Shown in pieces: positions 58,592 through 64,000 of a stretch of 64,000 bases of DNA (positions are counted from its first letter, which is position 1; each line of letters opens with the position of its first letter). Made by a program: the position numbers and the translations under genes. The notes below the pieces were generated by a model, which saw only the letters and a program-made list of their open reading frames with translations, made no database searches and had not been told where the DNA came from. The DNA comes from an uncultured Solirubrobacteraceae bacterium (GTDB lineage: Bacteria; Actinomycetota; Thermoleophilia; Solirubrobacterales; Solirubrobacteraceae), in the NCBI GenBank assembly GCA_963700025.1, contig CAVOWC010000008.1, positions 501,789 through 565,788 on the forward strand, written 5' to 3'.

Positions 58592-58619
58592 TCTTAGCCG
58601 TTTCATAGCGCCTGCTTGC
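58592..58619 (+). promoter_or_regulatory. hexamer direct repeats at 11-bp period (OmpR-family/MprA-like box)
   Basis: TCTTAG-N5-TCATAG upstream of the glycosyltransferase gene. Confidence 0.5.
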
Positions 58620-58693
58620 CGAGCGGGTCGATGCTGATCGTGCCGGTTCGTCCCCGGGCCGGCCCCGCGATCCCGCCAACAAGGAGCACGACC

Positions 58694-60697
58694 GTGTCGA
58701 GCACCGCACTTCCCGCCCTGGGCGCCGGCCGGCGCCGCGGCGCCGCCGTCGAGGACCGCCTTCGCTCGCTCCTCCGCGGTCGTCCCGCCGACCCGCCCTG
58801 GGTCCGTCCATCACTGATGGCGATCGTCGTCGCCGCCGCCGTCCTGTGCCTGTGGCACCTGACGCGCAACGGCTACTCGAACGAGTACTACGCCGCCGCG
58901 GCCAAGGCCGGCAGCGAGAGCTGGAAGGCATGGTTCTTCGGCTCGCTCGATCCAGGCAGCTTCATCACCGTCGACAAGCCGCCGTTGTCGTTGTGGCTGT
59001 CGGGGCTCTCGGCCCGGCTGCTCGGGTTCTCCAGCTTCAGCATCCTGCTGCCCGAGGCGCTGTGCACCGTGGCCGCCGTGGGGCTCCTGTACGCGACGGT
59101 TCGCCGCTCCTTCGGCGCCACCGCCGGGCTGCTCGCCGCCGCCGTGTTGGCGCTCACGCCGGTGACGGTCGCGATCGGGCGGGTCAACAACCCCGACGCG
59201 CTGCTCGTGCTGCTGCTCGTCGCGGCCGCCTACCTGACGCAGCGCGCGATCGAGTCCGGCAAGACCAAGCACCTCGTGTGGTGCGGTGTCGTCGTCGGCC
59301 TGGCCTTCATGACCAAGCTGTTGCAGGGTTGGATGATCGTGCCCGCGCTCGCCGCCGCCTATCTGCTCGCGGGACCGCACCGGCCGCTCAAGCGCATCGG
59401 CCAGCTTGCGATCGCCGGCGCGACGATGATCGCCGTCAGCGCCGCCTGGCCGGTCGCCGTCACGCTCTGGCCCGGTTCGAAGCCGTACATCGGCGGCAGC
59501 ACGAACGGCTCGATCTGGAACCTGATCTTCGGCTATGACGGCTTCGGCCGCCTCACCGGCGGGAGCGGCTCGGGCGGTGGCGGGATCACCTTCGGCGGCG
59601 CGCCGGGTCTGTTGCGGATGTTCAACGCCGAGGTCGGGGGCCAGATCGCCTGGTTGATCCCACTCGCCGCGATCGGGCTCGTCGCCGGACTCTGGCTTCG
59701 GCGCGGCAGCCCCCGCACGGATCTGCGCCGCGCGGCCCTGGTGCTGTTCGGCGTCTGGGCGCTGGTCTGCATCGCCGTGTTCTCCAGCCAGCAGGGCATC
59801 TTCCACCCCTATTACGTCAGCTCTCTCGCCCCCGCCGTGGCCGCGCTGTCGGGTGCCGGGATCGTCACGCTCCTCGCGTGGGCACGGCGCTCGTGGGCCG
59901 GCCTGATCGCGCTCGACGCGGCGGTAGTGCTCAGCGCCGCCCTCGCGGTGGTGCTGCTCGCGCGCACGCCCAGCTTCGCCCCGGCGCTCAGGATCGTCAT
60001 CCCGGTCGCCGCGCTGGCGGCCATCGCCGGCTCGGTCCTGCTGCGCACGGGTGGGCCCGCCCGACGGCGGGCCGCGCTCACGGTCGCCGCGGTGGCGGCG
60101 GCGGTTGCGCTGCTGGCCGGCCCGGCCTCGTACAGCCTGGCCAGCGTCGGGCGCTCGCTCAGCGGGAACAACGTGCTGGCCGGACCGGCCGGCGTCTCCT
60201 CGGGCTTCGGTCCCGGCGGGGGCGGCGGTGGCGCTCCGGGCGGCGGCGCGCGAGCGGGCGCCGGCTCGAGGCCCGCTTTCGCGCCGACCGGCGCCTCGGG
60301 GGCTCCGTCGCACAGTGGCGCGGCTCCCGGAGGCGGCGGCGGCTCACTCTCCAGCACGGCGATCGCCTACCTCGAGGCCCATCAGGGCTCGGCCACCTAT
60401 CTCCTGGCCGCGTCCGGCTCGCAGACCACCGCTCCGATCATCATCGCCACCGGCAGGGCGGTGATCACGATCGGGGGCTTCAACGGCAGCGACCCGGCGC
60501 CGACCGTGAGCCGGCTCGCCGCGCTCGTCGCCGGGGGCAAGCTGCACTACGTGCTGCTGTCGAGCTCCGGCGGCGGACCCGGTGGTGGCGGCTCTGGCGG
60601 CGGATCCTCACAGGCGATCTCGAGCTGGGTCAAGGCCCACGGCAGCGTCGTGACCGCGGTCACCGTGAGCGGCGGGACGCTCTACCGGGTCGGGTGA
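58694..60697 (+). CDS. GT-C glycosyltransferase (ArnT/PMT_2, YkcB-like)
   Basis: AAGGAG SD; NEYYAAA, ITVDKPP, NNPDAL, PYIGGS, FHPYY, IGGFNGSDP; many TM helices. Confidence 0.92.
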   Translation: MSSTALPALGAGRRRGAAVEDRLRSLLRGRPADPPWVRPSLMAIVVAAAVLCLWHLTRNGYSNEYYAAAAKAGSESWKAWFFGSLDPGSFITVDKPPLSLWLSGLSARLLGFSSFSILLPEALCTVAAVGLLYATVRRSFGATAGLLAAAVLALTPVTVAIGRVNNPDALLVLLLVAAAYLTQRAIESGKTKHLVWCGVVVGLAFMTKLLQGWMIVPALAAAYLLAGPHRPLKRIGQLAIAGATMIAVSAAWPVAVTLWPGSKPYIGGSTNGSIWNLIFGYDGFGRLTGGSGSGGGGITFGGAPGLLRMFNAEVGGQIAWLIPLAAIGLVAGLWLRRGSPRTDLRRAALVLFGVWALVCIAVFSSQQGIFHPYYVSSLAPAVAALSGAGIVTLLAWARRSWAGLIALDAAVVLSAALAVVLLARTPSFAPALRIVIPVAALAAIAGSVLLRTGGPARRRAALTVAAVAAAVALLAGPASYSLASVGRSLSGNNVLAGPAGVSSGFGPGGGGGGAPGGGARAGAGSRPAFAPTGASGAPSHSGAAPGGGGGSLSSTAIAYLEAHQGSATYLLAASGSQTTAPIIIATGRAVITIGGFNGSDPAPTVSRLAALVAGGKLHYVLLSSSGGGPGGGGSGGGSSQAISSWVKAHGSVVTAVTVSGGTLYRVG

Positions 60698-60707
60698 GCG
60701 TCCCGCT

Positions 60708-61530
60708 TCATCCGGACGGCCGGATCGCCATCAGCTGGCTGATCGAGAACGTCGCCCCCAGGGGGTCGGCGAGGACCGCCTGCCTGAACATCGGCACCTC
60801 GTGCGGGGCCGCGACCACCTCACCGCCGAGCGCGAGCGAGCGCTCGGCGGTCCCGTCGGCGTCGTCGACCCAGAAATCGACGTGCCAGCGCGCATCCGTG
60901 GCGGCCTCGGATCCACCACGCGTCCGCATCGCGGCGACGACGTCGCGCGGCACCGGCTGCTCCGGTTCGCCGCCGACGTAGCCGGGCAGGCGCCACAGGG
61001 CGACCGGGGCGCCGGGCGCGACGGGCTCGGCCCGCCAGCCGAACATCGCGCCGTAGAAGGCGCACGAGGCGTCGGGGTCGGCGGTCTCGAGCAGGCTCAT
61101 CGCCCATGCGCTGGGCATGTTGATTAGCTCGGCGCCCTCGCGGTCGGCGGCCTCCCACACGCAGACGACCGCGCCGGCCGGATCTTCGAGCACGGCCATG
61201 CGGCCGGCGGGCAGCACGTCGAAGGGGCCGTCGCGCAGCGTTCCCCGCGTCCTCGGCGCTCGCCGCGGCGGCGTCGGCACTCTCGACGCGAACGTACGTG
61301 GTCCATGTCGCACCGCTGTTCGGCCCGGGCGCAGAGCCGATCCCGGCCACGTCGCGGCCCGCGACCCGGGCCACGTAGTACTCGCCGGGCGGATCTCCGG
61401 GCATCGGCCCGGGCCCGCCGAACTCCCAGCCGAACAGCGGCCCGTAGAAGTCCAGTGCCGCTCGCGGGTCCGGCTGCAGGGTCTCGACCCAACAGGGAAC
61501 CCCGGCCGGGTACTGCTCACGCTCACTCAT
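60708..61530 (-). CDS. two-domain VOC/glyoxalase family protein; frameshift near 61245
   Basis: YPAGVPCWV, FYGPLFGW, WTTYVRV | PFDVLPAGRMAVLEDP, FYGAMFGW, LADPLGA; AAAGGTGG SD. Confidence 0.9.
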
Positions 61531-61578
61531 CTCGCCACCTTTCGACTGGACTGAGCTCCGCTCCACGCTCGAGCTCGT

Positions 61579-61617
61579 GGTTGGCATACCGTAACATATA
61601 GTTGGAATACCCAACCA
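61579..61617. promoter_or_regulatory. AT-rich divergent promoter/operator of the HxlR-VOC pair
   Basis: TGGTTGG...CCAACCA inverted repeat and repeated GTTGG(C/A)ATACC. Confidence 0.5.
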
Positions 61618-61658
61618 GCTGGACGTCTTTCCGGATCTCGATTGACTAGACTGTGACC

Positions 61659-62360
61659 ATGGCCACGAAACGCTCATACGGCGATCCCTGTGGGATCGCG
61701 CGGGCGCTCGACCTCGTCGGAGAGCGCTGGGCGCTGCTCGTCGTCCGCGAGCTCGTGCTCGGACCCAAGCGGTTCACCGATCTGCGCGCGGGTCTGCCCC
61801 ACCTCAGCCCCGACGTGCTCGCGCAGCGCCTGCGGGAGCTCGAGGCCGCCAGCGTCGTGCGGCGCCGGACCCTGCCTCCCCCCGCCGGCTCCCGCGTCTA
61901 CGAGCTGACCGACTGGGGCGGCGAGCTCGAGCCGGTGCTGCTCGCGCTCGGACGCTGGGGCAGCCGCGCCGCCTTCCCGCCCGAGCACGGGCCGCTGGGG
62001 ATCGACGCCTTCGTGCTCGCGCTCGAGACGCTGTTCGACCCGACGGCCGCCGATGGTCTCAGCGCCGGCTACGAGCTGCGCCTCGGTGAGTACCGCTTCC
62101 ACGCCCGGGTGAGCGGCGGCCGCCTGGAGCTCGGGCGGGGCGACGCCGACCGCCCCGACGCGACCATCGCCGGCGACCCGGGCACTCTCTCGGCTGTCCT
62201 GTGGCACGGCCGGTCGCTGGCGCGGGCACTGCGATCGGGGACGATCGCGCTCCAGGGTGACCGCGTCGCGGCCGAGCGGTTCCTGGCGCTGTTCCCAGCC
62301 CCTCGTCCCGCCGAGACCGCGCCCGCGGGCGGCGACCCGGCGCCTGCCTCCGGGCGCTGA
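61659..62360 (+). CDS. HxlR family regulator with C-terminal SCP2-like domain
   Basis: YGDPCGIARALDLVGERW, GPKRF, YELTDWG; PDATIAGD; TAGACT-N6-ATG. Confidence 0.92.
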   Translation: MATKRSYGDPCGIARALDLVGERWALLVVRELVLGPKRFTDLRAGLPHLSPDVLAQRLRELEAASVVRRRTLPPPAGSRVYELTDWGGELEPVLLALGRWGSRAAFPPEHGPLGIDAFVLALETLFDPTAADGLSAGYELRLGEYRFHARVSGGRLELGRGDADRPDATIAGDPGTLSAVLWHGRSLARALRSGTIALQGDRVAAERFLALFPAPRPAETAPAGGDPAPASGR

Positions 62361-62389
62361 GCGGCGCCGGGTATCGTGACCGGCCGAGG

Positions 62390-63528
62390 ATGGATACCGG
62401 CACCGTCGCCCAGCAGGCCGACGCGCTCGCACGAGCGTGGTCGCCGCCGTCGGCACCGCGCTCGTGGGAGCTCACCGCCGCCATGTTCGCGACGCTGCGC
62501 GACGATCCCGAGCTGCTCGGGCTCACCACCGAGATCCCCGACGAGCGGCTGCCGCCGCTCCTGTTCTCGGCCGCGACCACGCTGCTCGTGCGCCGCCTGG
62601 CACCGGAGCCGCTGGCCCGCTCCTACCCGGCCGTAGGAGCGCCGCAGCCGCCGCTGTCGCCCACCTTCGGGCCCGAGTACCGCGCGTTCTGCCTCGAGCA
62701 CCGCGACGAGCTGCGGGCGCTGTGTGCCGAGCATCGCTACCAGATGAGCGAGCCCGGGCGCTGCGCCCATCTGCTCCCGGCCGTCGCGCTCGCCGCCGGG
62801 ACCCGCGAGGTCGCGCTCGTCGACCTCGGCACGGGCGCCGGATTCGCGCTCGCCCTCGATCGCTACCGCTACCTCTACCGGCACCCCGACGGGACCCGCA
62901 CGGCGGTCGGTGACGCCGCGTCGCCGGTCACGATCGCAACCGAGACCCGCGGGCCCCACCGGCCGCCCCTGCCCGCCGAGCCGCCGCGGATCATCGCCCG
63001 CGTCGGTGTCGATGCCGAGCCGGTGGACCTCGGCGATCCCGCGGTCAGGTCGTGGCTGGCCGCCTGCGTGCCTCCCGAGGCGAGCGCGCTGACGCGATTC
63101 GAGCGGGCCGCCGATGTCGTGCTCTCGCATCCGGTCGCGGTGCGTCAGGGCGACGCGGTCGACGCGCTGGCCGAGCTGATGGCCGAGCTCCCCGACGGCG
63201 CGCGCATCTGTCTCCTCGACGCCTACGTGCATGCTTCTTCGCCCCCGAGCAGCTCGCCCGCTTCGACGCGCTCGTGGCCGAGGCCGGCCGCGAGCGCGAC
63301 CTCGACTGGATCTCGCTCGATCCCCTCGTGCCACTGGGACCGGGCGCGCGGCGCGCCGTCGTCGACGTCGCGATCGGACCGGGGATCCTGCAGCGGGGCC
63401 GGGACGGCGGCGTCTTCGGCGTGCTCAGCCGCCAGAGCTTCCGCGACGGTCGCGGCGAGGCGTCGCTGCTCGGGCTCGGGCACCCCAGCGGGGCGTGGCT
63501 CGAGTGGCTCGCCGCGGACGGTGAGTGA
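62390..63528 (+). CDS. DUF2332 family protein; frameshift near 63232
   Basis: PPLLFSAA, QMSEPGRC, LVDLGTGAG, DRYRY, WLAACV, RQGDA | WISLD...GHPSGAWLEW. Confidence 0.8.
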
Positions 63529-63544
63529 ACGGTGGTCGGAGGTC

Positions 63545-63567
63545 TAGTGGTCCGGCGGGGACCACTA
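63545..63567. terminator. hairpin between convergent genes
   Basis: TAGTGGTCC-N5-GGACCACTA inverted repeat, no U-tract. Confidence 0.45.
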
Positions 63568-64000
63568 CGCCAGGTGCATCCGGTGGGCGACCGCGGCCGC
63601 CTGAGTGCGGCTGCTCACGTCGAGCTTGCTGAGGATCCGCGACACGTGGACGCTGGCCGTCTTCTCGGCCATGAACAGTGCGGCCCCGATCTGCCGGTTG
63701 GTGGCGCCCTCGGCGATCAGCGCCAGCACCTGCCGCTCGCGCGGGGTGAGCCCGAACGGGTCCGCCTCGGCCGGCGCCGCGGTCGAGCCGCCGCGTGCCG
63801 GCGGACGGTCCGCGGAGCCGGCGCCGCCGACCAGATCGAGCCGAGCGCGCTCGGCCAGCGCCCTCGATCTCGTCGGCGAGCCAGCGCGACCCGAGCGCTC
63901 GCGCGCCCGTCGAGCGCCGGCCGAGCTGCTGCCTCGGCGGCGACCGCGCGGTCGCCGGCCTCGACCGTCCGCCTCGGCCTCGCGCCAGCGCGCGATCGGC
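63565..64000 (-). CDS. LuxR-family regulator, C-terminal part (continues beyond the window; indels present)
   Basis: FGLTPRERQVLALIAEGATNRQIGAALFMAEKTASVHVSRILSKL. Confidence 0.9.
   Translation of the reverse strand, partial: PIARWREAEADGRGRRPRGRRRGSSSAGARRARERSGRAGSPTRSRALAERARLDLVGGAGSADRPPARGGSTAAPAEADPFGLTPRERQVLALIAEGATNRQIGAALFMAEKTASVHVSRILSKLDVSSRTQAAAVAHRMHLA

Overview
Very GC-rich, gene-dense chromosomal DNA of an actinobacterial type. Gene content and style suggest Thermoleophilia/Solirubrobacterales, which is an inference. The window holds about 60 CDS and I found no rRNA, tRNA, CRISPR array, transposase or phage gene. Several otherwise intact genes carry single-base frameshifts (GH92, PASTA kinase, phosphoketolase, VOC protein, DUF2332, a lipoprotein), which look more like long-read indel errors than decay. 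Routine content: secreted CAZymes (GH92, GH79, six-hairpin glycosidase, polysaccharide deacetylase), cydAB, xfp-ackA, catalase, GGT, WS/DGAT, two c-di-GMP enzymes, orphan PilB and PilT ATPases, a HipA-like kinase/DUF3037 pair and many small regulators and hydrolases. Most notable: (1) A coupled operon at 9357-13282 encoding an exported protein ending in SGGS, a heme-b ferric-reductase-like membrane protein, a NuoF-like flavoprotein, a ferredoxin and a lipoprotein. It looks like a transmembrane electron-transfer system, and the slot where an apbE flavin transferase might be expected holds only a 6-codon mini-ORF. (2) An 18-bp operator, 17/18 identical, shared between a CxxxC ArsR gene and the cydAB/OsmC/beta-carbonic anhydrase locus 11.6 kb away, suggesting a redox or sulfur-responsive regulon. 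(3) A structured 116-bp intergenic element at 41089. (4) Duplicated palindromic elements beside chimeric gene remnants at about 35 kb. (5) A relic of an HD-domain paralog at about 2.9 kb. All family assignments come from motif recognition by eye, not from database searches.
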